63,975 bases of DNA, filler included, from Octopus bimaculoides (GCF_001194135.2; 4 parts of 4 records of this genome joined end to end with filler, not necessarily neighbours in it); one strand, 5' to 3'; shown: positions 26,977-41,137, numbered from the whole stretch's first letter. A program made the numbers and translations. Notes: a model not told the origin generated them from the sequence alone.

Positions 26977-27770
26977 ATATGTTTGTATATATATATATAG
27001 CTAGCTATCTGCTTCAACGCTCGACTGTCAGTCTGTTCTGATATATAAAGCTCACAATTAATATTTGGAACAATATTCATTCTCTTTAATCTAAATATAG
27101 ACTGCTATACATTGATATGATTTCACCTGGATTTTAATCTAACACAAGAAAAATGGGTTGCTTTGAGATAATTAATGTTTGTTTTGTTTTCTAATTTGGC
27201 AAACCAACACCAAGAAGAGAGACAAAACAAGATCAAATTCTTTTTTCTCATGAACTACATACTCGACTCGTGGAGATTCATCTACATATTTGCAAGCATA
27301 CACAACACAAATATACCGTGTAATAGGACAAATCTATTGAGATACTCACACATACCCACAAAGAAGTGTTTCTGTATATGTATGTATTTATATATATATA
27401 TATNNNNNNNNNNNNNNNNNNNNNNNNNNNNNNNNNNNNNNNNNNNNNNNNNNNNNNNNNNNNNNNNNNNNNNNNNNNNNNNNNNNNNNNNNNNNNNNNN
27501 NNNNNNNNNNNNNNNNNNNNNNNNNNNNNNNNNNNNNNNNNNNNNNNNNNNNNNNNNNNNNNNNNNNNNNNNNNNNNNNNNNNNNNNNNNNNNNNNATAT
27601 ATATGTATATAAGAAAGTTATTTTATCCACACAGGTAGAAATATAGGAAAATAAGAGTTGAAAATGCACTGAGAATAGTTAAAATATGTTTTTATTATAA
27701 AATTACGGAGATGTACTTGCAAAGCTAGTGACCTGATCTGAGATCGTGGGCTGATACAGAAACAATTTCA

Positions 27771-27937
27771 GCGTGGAAGGTGTTTATAAGCCTTTTAAAA
27801 ACACACAAAAACTGTTAGATTAACTTCAACATTTAAATTTAATTTACCAAAATATTTTCGTCGCTTTGAGACCGTGACCTGTTCCGTGCTGCACTGCATC
27901 TATAGATTTTTAAATGGCTTATAAACACCTTCCGCGC
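27771..27937. repeat. Fold-back element: 31-bp inverted arms around a 105-bp loop with a hammerhead-like remnant
   Basis: Left arm gcgtggaaggtgtttataagccttttaaaaa (27771-27801) vs right arm 27907-27937, 2 mismatches. Confidence 0.85.
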
Positions 27938-28136
27938 GGCAAATGTTTATTATAATATTTAAAGATTTAATCGGTTTCACAGTTTAATTTATTTTCCAAA
28001 AAGTTGAAATAGAAACACGTGACTTGTGTCGTAGCTGTCTTGCTTCTGAGTGTTTTTGAAGTTTGCCCTATTTTTATAGCGATTTCATGACTGAAATTAG
28101 TATGTGTTATCAATAGCATATGATTGGTACTCTGTT

Positions 28137-28342
28137 ACCCTTTTATTTATTGTAATCATTTGACAGCGGTCATGCTGGAGCACCGCCTTTTAGTTGAACG
28201 TATCGACCCCAGAACTTATTGTTTGTAAGTCTACTACTTATTCCATCGGTTTGTTTTGCCGAACCGCTATTTACGGGGACGTTGACACACCAGCATCGGT
28301 TGTCAAGCGATGGTGAAGGAACAAATACACACACACACACAC

Positions 28343-28373
<31 letters not shown>

Positions 28374-28375
28374 TG
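28137..28375 (-). mobile_element. SINE family B, 3' half
   Basis: catttgacagcggtcatgctggagcaccgcc...cagcatcggttgtcaagcgatgg. Confidence 0.85.
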
Positions 28376-28687
28376 TATATATAATATGATGGGTTGATTA
28401 TAACTGGGATGCCTTTGATTCTGTATTTGCTGGAACTAGGGCTACTTGGGTTTAAAGAACAACACTAACAACAATTTGAGGTTATGGCTTATCTATTTTC
28501 GCCAAATGGTAAATATGTATTGTATGTACAACAGATCGTAGGCTTTAAAGACTATGAAATCATCCGTTTATAAGTACAGTTGAACCGAGTGCAATCAGGT
28601 CGCAAAGGTTTTTAAACCAAATGCTAAATGTTTAAGTGAAGTTAACAGCTTTTGTGTGTTTTGGACTGATTATTATTTGCCTTCTTC

Positions 28688-28884
28688 AAGAACTGGGAGA
28701 ATTATTAGCATCCAGGCAAAATGCTTAGCTACATTCTATCCGTCTTACGTTCTGAGCTCAAATTCCGTCGAGGTCGACTCTGACTTTCTTTCTTTCGGAG
28801 TCAATAAAATAAATACCACTGGGTGTCAATGCAATCGACTAACGTACTCGGCCGAAATTGTCGGCCTTGTACCAAAATTTGAAC
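28688..28884 (+). mobile_element. SINE family A
   Basis: aaatgcttagc...gagctcaaattccgtcgaggtcgac...ggccttgtaccaaaatttgaac. Confidence 0.8.
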
Positions 28885-30894
28885 ACACTATTTGCCTTCC
28901 ACGCTGCAATTGTTTACATTTTAAACAAAATAAAGCTAGGCTGTTCGTGGACTATTGTTTTACATCACAATAACTGTATGAGATACTGATGTGTAAAGCC
29001 TAAATATTGCTTTAGAATAATGTTGTTCCTAATTCAAGAGACACGCAAACACACACACTCACACACACTCATTCATACAGATATTCACCTACACACACAT
29101 ATATTCATAGAAATGTATGCATTTCTATAAAATATATCCCACTGTGAAATATTTTCTGAGGTATACGATCTCATCCTTTATATTATATATCAAACAATAA
29201 AATATATTCATTACATAATTTCTATGTTTCAGCTTATCTGGGCGTTAGAAAACTGATAAAACATTTTGTAATATCTATAATTGAGGAAATGTCGAGAGGA
29301 AAATACTTAATTATACAAGCAGATCGTACAATGTTCAAATTGATAATGCATTGCAAAATATAGTGATAATAATTGAAAGTAGTAGTTGGAGCAGCAGCAG
29401 CAGAAACACCAACGCAAGCAACCGTAGTAGTAGTAGTAGTAGTAGTAGTTTCTATTTTCTTCATTTAATTGCTATAGGAGTGCATGCATTCATTACTACT
29501 TGTAAGGAATGTTTTGCAAGTGATGTACACACATGGCGATATACACAACTGGATGTCGAACGTTATTCAGTATATTAGAACGAATTAAACGTTTATATGA
29601 AATACATACATATTTTTTATGAGTGTGCAAGAGTGAGGGGGAGCGGGAGGGAGAGACACAGTGGGAGATAGAGAGAGAAGGATAGAGAGAGATAGAGACA
29701 GAAGAAGAGAGATATAGAGGGATAGAAAGAGGGGTCGTATAAAAACAGAGAAACTCAAGACGAAAGCACCCCCCCCACGCCACAACTTCTTTACAACTTC
29801 TCGAAAGGACAGGTGGAGTACTTTTTTCTCGGTAGCATTTGAACCCAGAATACCTTGATTTGGAACGAATCCTACAAGGAATCCGTCTCTCTCCATTATA
29901 TATATATAGCAAGAGAGAGAGAGAGAGAGGGAGAGTGAGGCAACATATATACTTTCTTAAACATACTCACGCGCGCGCGTGTGTAAATGTACAAACCTAC
30001 AAATAAAAGTAAGGCATCAACACAGAAATGCAAATCCTATTTCCTGATTATGTGAAGGATACACCACCAATCCATCTAACTTCCAGATTTGGTACAGGAA
30101 TCTAGTACCACCAGACATTCTTGTGATCTTGGTTGAATCGTTAACCGTCACTTGTATATACATACGGGCATCACCCGATCAAATATTGGTACATGCTACT
30201 TCCACACTCACTATCTCCACATTCTGTGCCGGTAAGGAGTAAGCGAGCAAGAGAATGTAACGACCGTATCAATGTCCCTTGTCGTAATCCTAGAGTTTCG
30301 TTTACTCCATATACTACAACACCAGCCACTGGGTAAGTTGTGGAGTACAAGATAACACATGTTTGTTTGTTGCTTCTTTATTAAAAAAACAAAACACACA
30401 CTTTGATATAATTTTCCTCCGGCTTCACTGCATGTATTGTTAGACATTCCATCGGCAATTTTTAGCTTTCTTTCGAGGGCAAATAGAAGTCCCCATCTAT
30501 CGAGAACTGTGTTTATCCGACGTTTGAGCTCACTATTTTCTCGATGAAATCATTGGGCGAGAAAGCACCGATCTCTTTCGTTTTGGGTTGCATTTTCTTG
30601 TTACGGGAATTGATCCATATTCTATGTTTCTATCTGTTTCACAGAATCAGTAAGATTGTAATCTTTACATTCGCTGACAGAGTTTAGATATCGCCATTTT
30701 TGTGTAAATGCGCTAAAGTGCTAAAGTGTGAATGTTTCCTTTCAAAAATCCATCTGTTTGTGAAACATTCTCTTTATCTGTTAATCTTTTATTAAAAATA
30801 TTTTATGACACTTAACGAGTTTTGCTTGATTTATATCTGCATCAAAATAATTGTATTAAAAAGGTGATAAAATAAGAAGCAGAGAACCAATAAT

Positions 30895-31185
30895 GATTTC
30901 AAATTTTAACGCAACGTCAGCAATCTTGGGAGCAGGAGTTAAGTCAATTACATCGACCCTAGTATTTAACTGGTACTTATTTTATCGACAACGAAAAATG
31001 AAAAGTAAAGTCAACGCAGGTCAACAATTTCAAGATGATTATATTGATCCCCAATGCTCAACTGGAGCTTATCTACCTAGAAAGGATGAAAAGCAGAGTT
31101 GGCCTCCGTGACATTTGAACTCAGGACCTAAAGCCCATACAAAGCCGCTTAGTATTTTGCTGTTAATTCTGTTAGCACGTCACCG
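30895..31185 (-). mobile_element. SINE family A, dimeric or nested degraded copy
   Basis: Two successive central-domain blocks (actggtacttattttatcgac...; actggagcttatc...aaggatgaaaag). Confidence 0.65.
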
Positions 31186-31408
31186 TAATGACCAGGTATA
31201 TGAAATTCCGCTGGTGTGCGCAAGTTTGTACACTAATATCTCGACGATAAACACGAAGCATTTTTTTCTGACGCTGTAACGAGCCTGTAAGCTCATCGCA
31301 GTAATAATTCCTATAAAATTCAGCCACCAGCGAGGGATGTTGTAGAACTGCATTGTTCCTAATGAATGAATCGTTGACTATTTTACTGAGAATTGTTAGG
31401 GAAACACT

Positions 31409-31452
<44 letters not shown>

Positions 31453-31462
31453 NNNNNNNNNN

Positions 31463-31495
<33 letters not shown>

Positions 31496-31612
31496 ATATA
31501 TATACACACACAAACGTATAAATATATTCAAACACACACACATATGTATATATATAAATACATGCATAAATATATCTATATATATTCATACATATATATT
31601 CAGATATATGCA

Positions 31613-31692
<80 letters not shown>

Positions 31693-33989
31693 GACCTATC
31701 TATACATATATCACTTAATACGTCTCTCCTGGCCTTTTAAACATAGGATAAATAAAATCCATCATGTTTTCTTTGGGTTTTGCCGCATTAATTAGGTGAA
31801 CATTAATCTGTTTTTCGTTTTGCTTTTTTTTCTTTGCATTCGTTTTTTGCATATACCTATTCTCCTCCATCCGTATCTCCAACCCTCTCTATCTACCTAC
31901 CTAAATATATAAAAACACATGCATACTCACATACACACACTTATATGTACCATACTCCAAATCGCCTACTCAAGGCACCAAACCTTAATTACGAAACAAA
32001 ATATTTTAACATCATCTTTTGTCAGTGACTGAATTTCCTTGGGTCATTATGTTATTTTTTCTTTTATGTGTTTCTTTTACATAATATTCTATCATGTATC
32101 CAATACCATTCTCCAAAATGATGTATGAATTTCTTCGTCTTATACAATATCATTCCTTGTTTTATAAAATAGCTCATTAAGTTTCTCTAAAAGCAATTGT
32201 TAATTTTATTATAACATCCAAGGTGATTGTAATTAGTCGTATTAACTGTGTAAAATAAATATTATTTATTGTATACGGCAACTTTACACCTTCCAGAGAA
32301 ATAAAATTGTGAGGAATAAGAGAACGGTAAGAGAGAAACATTGAAAATATCATAAAAATCACGACATTCAAAGCACGCTTATACTGAAACACTGACAAAC
32401 TAAAAATCACAACCAATCCCTCCCTCAGCAGAGACTCCTTTCATTTGTCCTTTGTTGACATAAAACATTAGCCTCGGTTATGTTAGCTTTCTCTTTGTCC
32501 GCTCTAGTTACCGCCCTTATTTCTCTGGCTGATGTTTGTATGTAGAATTTACTTAGACCTGACATCTATAGAGGTGTATGTGTGCGAGGCATTGTGTTGT
32601 TATTGCTATAGGGGGTATCAAAATTGCTTGTATTTGTATTAGAAACAATGATACATCATTATTATTTCAAAATATTGTCCGATTTTTACGATATTATTTT
32701 TATTATCAACGCAGAAAAAGAGAGTAAGGTTAAACTGTATCTCGCCAAATATCAAGAGAAGGAAAAGAAGGAAAGTTATGAACTAAAATTTCCGAAAGAT
32801 TAAACTGATAATCCCCAGTGATAAGAGATTTATAACTTGTCAACAAGATTAATGAGGCTAGTAATAAACGCAATGAGGATCATGATGATATATAAACCGC
32901 AATGAGTTTGTAAACCGTTGCAAATAGCTTTATAATTGAGGATCTAAACGAAAGTTTAGACACACGAAATTTACTGGTAGAAGTGAATATAGATTTGCAA
33001 GAAATAACAGGAAACAATTAACTGTGAGCTGTCAGAAGAACTGTGTAATGTTTTGCAGTTTAGAAAGACATAGACATTAGCTTATATGTAATTTATTTTA
33101 CTGCTGAATATGTTAACACTACTATATTAGAAGTACAACAATAATGATTCACAATCAGCAAAAACTCGATACATAAAGTGATTAGGAAATGAAGTTTTGT
33201 TCTTCCTAGTAACAAAGGTGAGTTTGATAATTTGCTACGATTTTTTTTTCTCTCTCCATAAATATCCACATTGTTAGTCTTTGTTTAACTTTATCATTCT
33301 AGATATGTTTGCCGTGTAGAAATATATTGTCATCGTGTTATCAATTTACTCTACTGATTATATAGCTGAAAAGTCATTAGGAGACTTTGTAATTATTCAG
33401 AAAAAAAATAGAGACAGAGCAAATATATAGACATTCCAACTGTGTTCTTTCTATATCGGACAACACAATTCAATGTGTTTTCTTTTTTGACAAGAGGACT
33501 AATCTGCGAAAAATTTGACAATTAATTCTAGAATTTCTTTCATTCATTTACTTGTTTCAGCCGATTGACTGCGGCCACACTGGAGCACCGAAAATTATAA
33601 ATATAGGATCTTTCATTTCATCATATTCAGATTTCAAGAGCAAGTTTAATGAAGGCAAACCTGGGGAAATATGAACGAAAGTGACATACATTTACAGAAA
33701 ATAGGCGGCAGATGCGAGCAATGAAAGAAAACGGGGGTTACATTAAAACCTATCTTCCCCTTGAACAGTACTCACTTGGAATGTCAGTGAATTAACAGAT
33801 TCCACACAACAGCAACCACACATGGAACATATCTCAAGTTTGATTTGTGCTCAGCATCTCGAAGCTCTGTATAGACACATGCGCCAGGGTTGTATATACA
33901 AATATCGAACAAATAGAAACTGGTTGTGATCCGTTATCCGTTATCCAGGACATGGATTCCAAATGTAAAACATTCGTGCAGACAATGAA

Positions 33990-34057
33990 CAACAACAACA
34001 ACAACAACAACAACGATAATAATAATAATAATAATAATAATTATAATAATAATACTG

Positions 34058-34107
<50 letters not shown>
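33990..34107. repeat. (AAC)n/(AAT)n microsatellite at the SINE 3' end
   Basis: Direct trinucleotide runs. Confidence 0.95.
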
Positions 34108-34108
<1 letters not shown>

Positions 34109-34447
34109 GTTTCAAATTTTGGCACAAGGTCAGCAATTTCGAGTGACGGGTAAGTTGATTACATCAAACCTAGTACTCGACGGGTACTTATTTTATCGAC
34201 TGCGAAATGATGAAAGGCAAAGGCGACCTGGGTGGCATTTGAATCCAGAACGCAAAAGACGGGCGAAATGTCACCAAGTATTTTGCCTGGCGAATCCAGT
34301 GCATAACAGGTACTTATTTCATCGACCCAGAAAGAATCAAAGGCAAAGTTAACCACAGTACAATTTAAACTCAAAACGTGAAGACGGACGAAATGCCACT
34401 GAGCCTTTTGCCCGGATAGTGCTAACAATTCTGCCAGCTCGCTGCCC
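34108..34447 (-). mobile_element. SINE family A with a duplicated central/5' region
   Basis: ggtacttattttatcgac...atgaaaggcaaag occurs twice (about 34180 and 34310) before the head ttctgccagctcgctgcc. Confidence 0.8.
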
Positions 34448-34491
<44 letters not shown>

Positions 34492-34691
34492 GAAAAGAAA
34501 AGAAAATCTAGAATAATTGAATTTCTGAGAATAAAACAATATTGCTAACTCACAAACGAGACTAATTTTACGACTGTACACTTTACAGTAGACAAAGATC
34601 AATCATAAATCGATCAGATATCAATAATTTTATTGGAATTTATGTCTAAATTGATCTTCATCTCTCCGTCTCTCCCCTTTTCTTCCTCTTC

Positions 34692-34722
<31 letters not shown>

Positions 34723-35150
34723 ACACGAGCACCAGCACCACCATCATCATAATTGTCATCATCGCCATCACCGCCAGCATCATCGTTATCGTCATCAGAT
34801 TCCTTATCAGGATCATTTTGCCTTCTTACAATTACATCGTAGTTTATCGTTCAACCCCCAACTCTAGCCCCTTCCCCAAAAGCTTATGCGTTGTATCTAT
34901 GCGCGTGCATGTATAAATGTGTGTCATTTTTTAATGTTCGTTTCTTGTATATGTAGATATTTATGGATCTGACTTGCGCTTTGCAGAAGATCGATATCAG
35001 ACGCACATACACACATAGATACACATACACAATCGCATACGTACACACAGAGGCATTTAAAGATAGACATATATGCGCACATATGCACAGGTACCTGAAA
35101 ATTCACACATGCACTCAATCAATAATGAAAAGATATTTAATTGGATACAT

Positions 35151-35204
<54 letters not shown>

Positions 35205-35388
35205 TTAGAATACAGGCAGCTGACGAAGGATTAATTCCAAGTGGCTATCTGTTTTCCTATGTGTTCGTTCCGTTGTCTGTAGTTCATTTTTCTAACGTCC
35301 TGTACCCTGATATGCATCTATATACACATGTAGATGTAAATATGTACATATATGTGGGTATACATGCATACATATTCTTTGTATTATA

Positions 35389-35464
<76 letters not shown>

Positions 35465-35467
<3 letters not shown>

Positions 35468-35935
35468 GGTATTCAAAAGGTCTCTCCACAGGGAAATTAT
35501 TCATCCTACGCATGCGCAACTTAGCTATCACAATGTGGAAGGCCGGGTGTCAGTCATTGTGTACCCTTCAGAGTGTCGACATGCTAACCATTGAAGAACG
35601 TATGTTTTTAATTGAATGGCTGTTTCCATCTGGAAACAAATACACCGATACTGTGGAACAGATGTTCAGTGAAACTTTTCCAAATACTGTTGTTCAACAT
35701 CGTGAGACATTGCGGGAGTTGATGAGAACATTTAGAAAAAGAGGCTCAGTGGAAGACACAGCAAGGAGCGATAGGCCTACTATTCTTTGAGATGAAATAC
35801 TCTCCAATATTTCTGATAAACTGTTGTCAAGCCCGTGAAAGTCCTAACGCAAATTTTCACAGAAAACGGAAAGCAGCATAGGAAGTGCTCACAAGGCAGT
35901 AAAAAAAAAGAATAACATTTTATGCATTGAAAATA
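35465..35935 (+). mobile_element. Tc1/mariner element 5' half: left TIR and N-terminal HTH (DUF4817-like) of the transposase, pseudogenised
   Basis: TA|cagggtattcaaaa start inside (TA)n; MLTIEERMFLIEWLFPSGNKYTDTVEQMFSETFPNTVVQHRETLRELMRTFRKRGSVEDTARSDRPTIL*, then ISDKLLSSP*KS*RKFSQ with stops. Confidence 0.85.
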
Positions 35936-36071
35936 AAGGATGACACTTTTAACACCATTTATAAAGATTTTTAAAGTCTAACGTATTTTTTTGTAGTCTT
36001 ATATCATCTTAAGAAATATTCATTTTGCACCAAACTACTTATTGCGTAGAGACGTTTTGACCACTCTGTTT

Positions 36072-36103
<32 letters not shown>

Positions 36104-36507
36104 TTCGTGTTAAGCTAAGAAGTGGTGCACGTTACAAGAATTTTCGTCTTGAGAAAATATAACGAACTACTCCAAATGGTAGTTGTAGTAAAAAATTCGA
36201 ACAAAACAATAATATTATGAAATCATTTAATACGCGCATTTCAGCTTTAATTAATATATAATAGGAAATGCATTCAGTACGTGAAATGCTTTCACCGAAG
36301 AAGCTTTATGTCCACCAGCCTGAATCGTAGATATTGCATAATTTAAGACTATCGCTATTCAGTTTGGCGTTATTAGACCCTACACATGCACACAAACACA
36401 CGCACGTACGCGCACACACACACAAACACACGCACGCACGCGCACACAATCACATTCATACACAAACATGCAAAAACTAAGATTTGTATACACACGCACA
36501 TATATAT

Positions 36508-36564
<57 letters not shown>

Positions 36565-36728
36565 TACAGGGTGCATAAGGTATTTGAAGATATATATTTT
36601 TGGGGTCATTGCTGCATTTTTTGCTAATTCTTTGAGAAAATGATAATGGCAAACTCTCACCTTACTCAAGAAATGATGAGGCATGCGTTATTGTTGTTAT
36701 AAAGGCTGAGCATAGCGATTTAGAAATA

Positions 36729-36900
36729 TGTTTGTCCCCCTAGCATTGCTTGACAACCGTTGCTGGTGTGTTTATCTCCCCGTCACCTAGCGGTTCGGTA
36801 AAGGTGACTGATAGAATAAGTACTAGGCTTACAAAGAATAAGTCCCGGGGTCGATTTGCATGGCGGCAGTCAAATGACTGAAACAAGTAAAAGGGTAAAA
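36729..36900 (+). mobile_element. SINE family B, 3' half
   Basis: tttgtccccctagcattgcttgacaacc...aagtactaggcttacaaagaataagtcccggggtcgatttg...gactgaaacaagtaaaag. Confidence 0.85.
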
Positions 36901-37024
36901 TAATAAAATATTATCTATCTATCTATCTGCTTGTCTGTCTGTTTTACTGTTTGTGTGCCTATGTTTTGTTTATGATTTATTCCATATTAGGGAGGAATAC
37001 ATACAAATATACTTACATATACAT

Positions 37025-37055
<31 letters not shown>

Positions 37056-37113
37056 CATTTATATATGCATATGTATATATATATGTATACATAGATATAT
37101 GTACATATATATG

Positions 37114-37151
<38 letters not shown>

Positions 37152-37595
37152 TACTTACAAGCACACACATATGTATATATATACATATACATATGTATGT
37201 ATGTATGTATATATGTATGTATGGGTGTATGTATGTATGTATGAATAAATCATCCTGCTGCTATGCAACGTTGCAACGAGTTCTATTGAAAATGGCGAGT
37301 AGTTGAAAATATATTTCTTGCAAATGTTTCGAACAAAAGATATCAATTTTGGAAAGGAATCGCTATGGGAATATCTACTTCTACCAATATTAACTGAATT
37401 AGTTAACGTTCGTCCGTTTTGTGATAGCAGGTGTCGAATAGATGGTTTCTTTCAGATGTAACTGTACTTCTGACCAGTATAATTAGGCGGAGATAGAACT
37501 GTACAACAACTCAATCACTTTGATGTTGCTATATATATAAGTGAACCTATGTACACACACACACACACACACACACACGCAGATACACACTGGCG

Positions 37596-37628
<33 letters not shown>

Positions 37629-37781
37629 GTTTAAATATGCATATGTATATATGCATGCATATATATACGCTCAGACACTTATATATGCATATATACATAT
37701 GTGTGTTTGTCTGTGAGTATACATACATACATGCATACACTACATGCATGCATACATATATATAAACACACACAGACATAG

Positions 37782-37821
<40 letters not shown>

Positions 37822-37978
37822 GCATCTATCTGTCTATCTATATACTATATATTTATATATGTATAGCTGTACATATATAAATGTATTAGATTTACATACA
37901 CGCATATATATTTATGCAATTGTATGTATGTATATATATATATGTATGTATATATATATACATATATATATACATATA

Positions 37979-38036
<58 letters not shown>

Positions 38037-38432
38037 ATAGTCTTTCATTTATGCACACATACCTACAGATCGTCGATAGCGAATAGATGAGAGATGGAGA
38101 AGTGGCCAGAAGAAATGGTATGTGATTACTTATTGCGCAATTTTCGTCTTCTAAATGCATTAGTAAAGATTCCAAATAACGAAACGTATAATTTAGCATT
38201 TCTCACGGAGCTATAATTTCTAAAATGTCGATTTAGTAAGAAACCTAGTCTATTCACAGCAAAATTCATATAACAATACAGTAACTCGGTAGATGTTTAA
38301 TATTCTCTACATATGCTGACTTTTTTCTAAATTAATAAATCTATTGTTATTCACCGTGTCATTGTGGAATTCGTATTCGATACTGCGTTTAAATAAGAAT
38401 ATATTATGATGAAGTATTTATAATGTCATATC

Positions 38433-38467
<35 letters not shown>

Positions 38468-38512
38468 TGTATGTATGTATGTATGTATGTATATGTGTGG
38501 GTGCGTGTGTGT

Positions 38513-38868
38513 AGGCCCAATGGCCCAATGGTTAAGCCAGCGACTCGCGATCGTAGGTTGGCGGCTTGATTTCCCAGACCTGGTGTTGTGAGTGTCTATT
38601 AAGCGAAGACACCTAAAACTCCATGAGGATCCGGCAGGTGGGGGTGGTGAACCCTGCTGTAGTCTTTGACCACGACTTTCTCTCACTCTTCATATTTCTG
38701 TTGTACCTGTATTTCAAAGGGCCAGCCTTGTCCCATTCTGTCACGCTGAATCTCCCCGAGAACACGTGTCTGTGGAGTACTCAACCATTTGCACATTAAT
38801 TTCACAAGGAGGCTGCTCTGTTAATCAGATCAACTGGAACCCCCGTCGTCGTAACCGACGGAGTGCCA
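38513..38868 (+). mobile_element. tRNA-derived SINE (family D, possibly octopus OR-type), full length with a (CA)n tail
   Basis: Head ggcccaatggcccaatggttaag (box A) and ttgatttccc (box B-like); 3' end gtaaccgacggagtgcca followed by (CA)n. Confidence 0.75.
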
Positions 38869-38888
38869 CACACACTCACACACACACA

Positions 38889-38939
<51 letters not shown>

Positions 38940-39254
38940 TCGATATGATTTGAAATGAATGCAAGATTTCTTAAATCTTCTCCCTGCACTGCCTGCTTTC
39001 GTTGTCCATTGGTTTCATGATCACTACATTCATTCATACATACATACATACATACATACATACATACATACATTATATATANNNNNNNNNNNNNNNNNNN
39101 NNNNNNNNNNNNNNNNNNNNNNNNNNNNNNNNNNNNNNNNNNNNNNNNNNNNNNNNNNNNNNNNNNNNNNNNNNNNNNNNNNNNNNNNNNNNNNNNNNNN
39201 NNNNNNNNNNNNNNNNNNNNNNNNNNNNNNNNNNNNTATATATATATATATATA

Positions 39255-39484
39255 TTGGGTTGTCCGGAAAGTTCGTGTCGATTTTTAAAGGAAAGAAAAA
39301 GGTCAATAAATACTTGCCATTACATTTTTAATCAACAAAATATGAACCATTTTGTTGCACGATGCGTCTCCATCTTTCCTTTAGCTTGAAAATATACTCT
39401 CTTCCCTGAATTGAGGTGGTTTCATGGCAAATAATTCGAAAGGTAAGCTACTACAAATCGGCACGAACTTTCCGGACAACCCAG
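39255..39484. mobile_element. Mariner-type MITE, 230 bp, about 30-bp TIRs, TA target duplication
   Basis: TA|ttgggttgtccggaaagttcgtgtcgattt ... aaatcggcacgaactttccggacaacccag|TA; no coding capacity. Confidence 0.9.
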
Positions 39485-39512
39485 TATATCCACACACGCA
39501 GTGATAGCTATT

Positions 39513-39724
39513 GGTTTCCAATTTGGGTACTAGGCCAGCAATTTCGAGCAAGAATTTAAGTCGACGACATCGATCTCAGTGCTGAGGTGCTACTTATTTT
39601 ATCTATCCTGACAGGATGGAAGAAAAAGTTGAACACGCTGGAATTTGAGCACAAACCTTAAAGATGGATGAAATGGCGCTAAGCATTTTGTTCGGCGTGC
39701 TAGCGATTCTGCCAGTTCGCTGCG
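39513..39724 (-). mobile_element. SINE family A
   Basis: gctaagcattttgttcggcgtgctagcgattctgccagttcgc head, with central and 3' motifs. Confidence 0.8.
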
Positions 39725-41068
39725 TTGTAACGTTTCTATACTGCCAATAATTAATATTATTGATAATATTATTTGTGTGTGACTTTGATAGGCAAAACAA
39801 AGTGATGAATTCTTTCGAACCATATGTACATTACAACACACAATGCTCCTATGAACCATATATGAGTCTGTATTTACATGATGAAGTCGACTTTTCTCCG
39901 TGTTCAAATATATACACACACTCACATATATATGAATACACACGCATATGTATATATATGTATATACATACATATGTATTTATATGTATATATATATTTA
40001 TATATATATGTGTATATGTATATATATATANNNNNNNNNNNNNNNNNNNNNNNNNNNNNNNNNNNNNNNNNNNNTTAATTAATTAANNNNNNNNNNNNNN
40101 NNNNNNNNNNNNNNNNNNNNNNNNNNNNNNAAGCATCTATTCATCAAAGCAGATTACATAATAAACAAAACGATCTTTAAATTGATATTAGCATATTTTA
40201 TAGATATGTTAGAGTGCTGCTTTTTTTGCAATCTTCCATTCGGAAAAAAATCATCACTTATATCCATTATAATGAAAGCTGATCCAACGGTGACTAACCG
40301 CTATCTCACACTTTCGTAGTCTATAGGATCGTATGTTACACTATACATATTGAAATAATAGAATGGATTATGCAGGAAATATTTTTACGACGGTTGTTAC
40401 CAGCATTGTTGCTCGTACTGTATTTTGATTGCTATGAACGCACACATATATATGTTACATGTATACTTTTCAGAATGAATTTCACTAAATTTTAAATTAG
40501 TTCGGGTACCATTTGAACAAGGGGGAGAGAGAAAGAGAGTGGGTGGGGAGAATGTTGGAAGAGTGGGAGAGAAAGAGAGAAGGTGAGGGATGAGGAGCGG
40601 GGTGGAAGAGAAAAAGTCTTTCTTATCATAATTTACATATCGTCTGGATTCTTCAGTTCTATGGGCCCTTGTTGATCCATTACGTAAGATGGTCCTCGTA
40701 TAGCACATCCACTTTGCACTAGTGCAAGCTACAGTTCAATGATTAATGTGTTATACCTATATTTCGTCAGTATCTAAATGAAGCCGTTTTTGCCCAAAAA
40801 TCTGCCGAATAGGACTTCGTTTAACTTCAGATTGGCGTTATTGAGTCACCACCTCATTTATATTCATTCTGTCATTTCGGAATATAAATACATTATGAAA
40901 GTGAGAAATGTAACTTTCCTGTAGTAATCCTAAAAAGAGACAAAATTTCCTCAAAAATACTTTTAGTGTTCAATGACTGTGTGTTTTGTATTAATTTTAG
41001 ATTGTTTTAATTTTAATAAGTTTCAATTTCTTTAACAATAAAGCTGTGCTAATGTGAAAACCTTGAGA

Positions 41069-41137
<69 letters not shown>

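Noticed and set aside
36565-36620. TA|cagggtg mariner-like TIR starts (also near 16626 and 47475)
   Set aside because: No matching partner TIR or transposase found nearby; too short to call.
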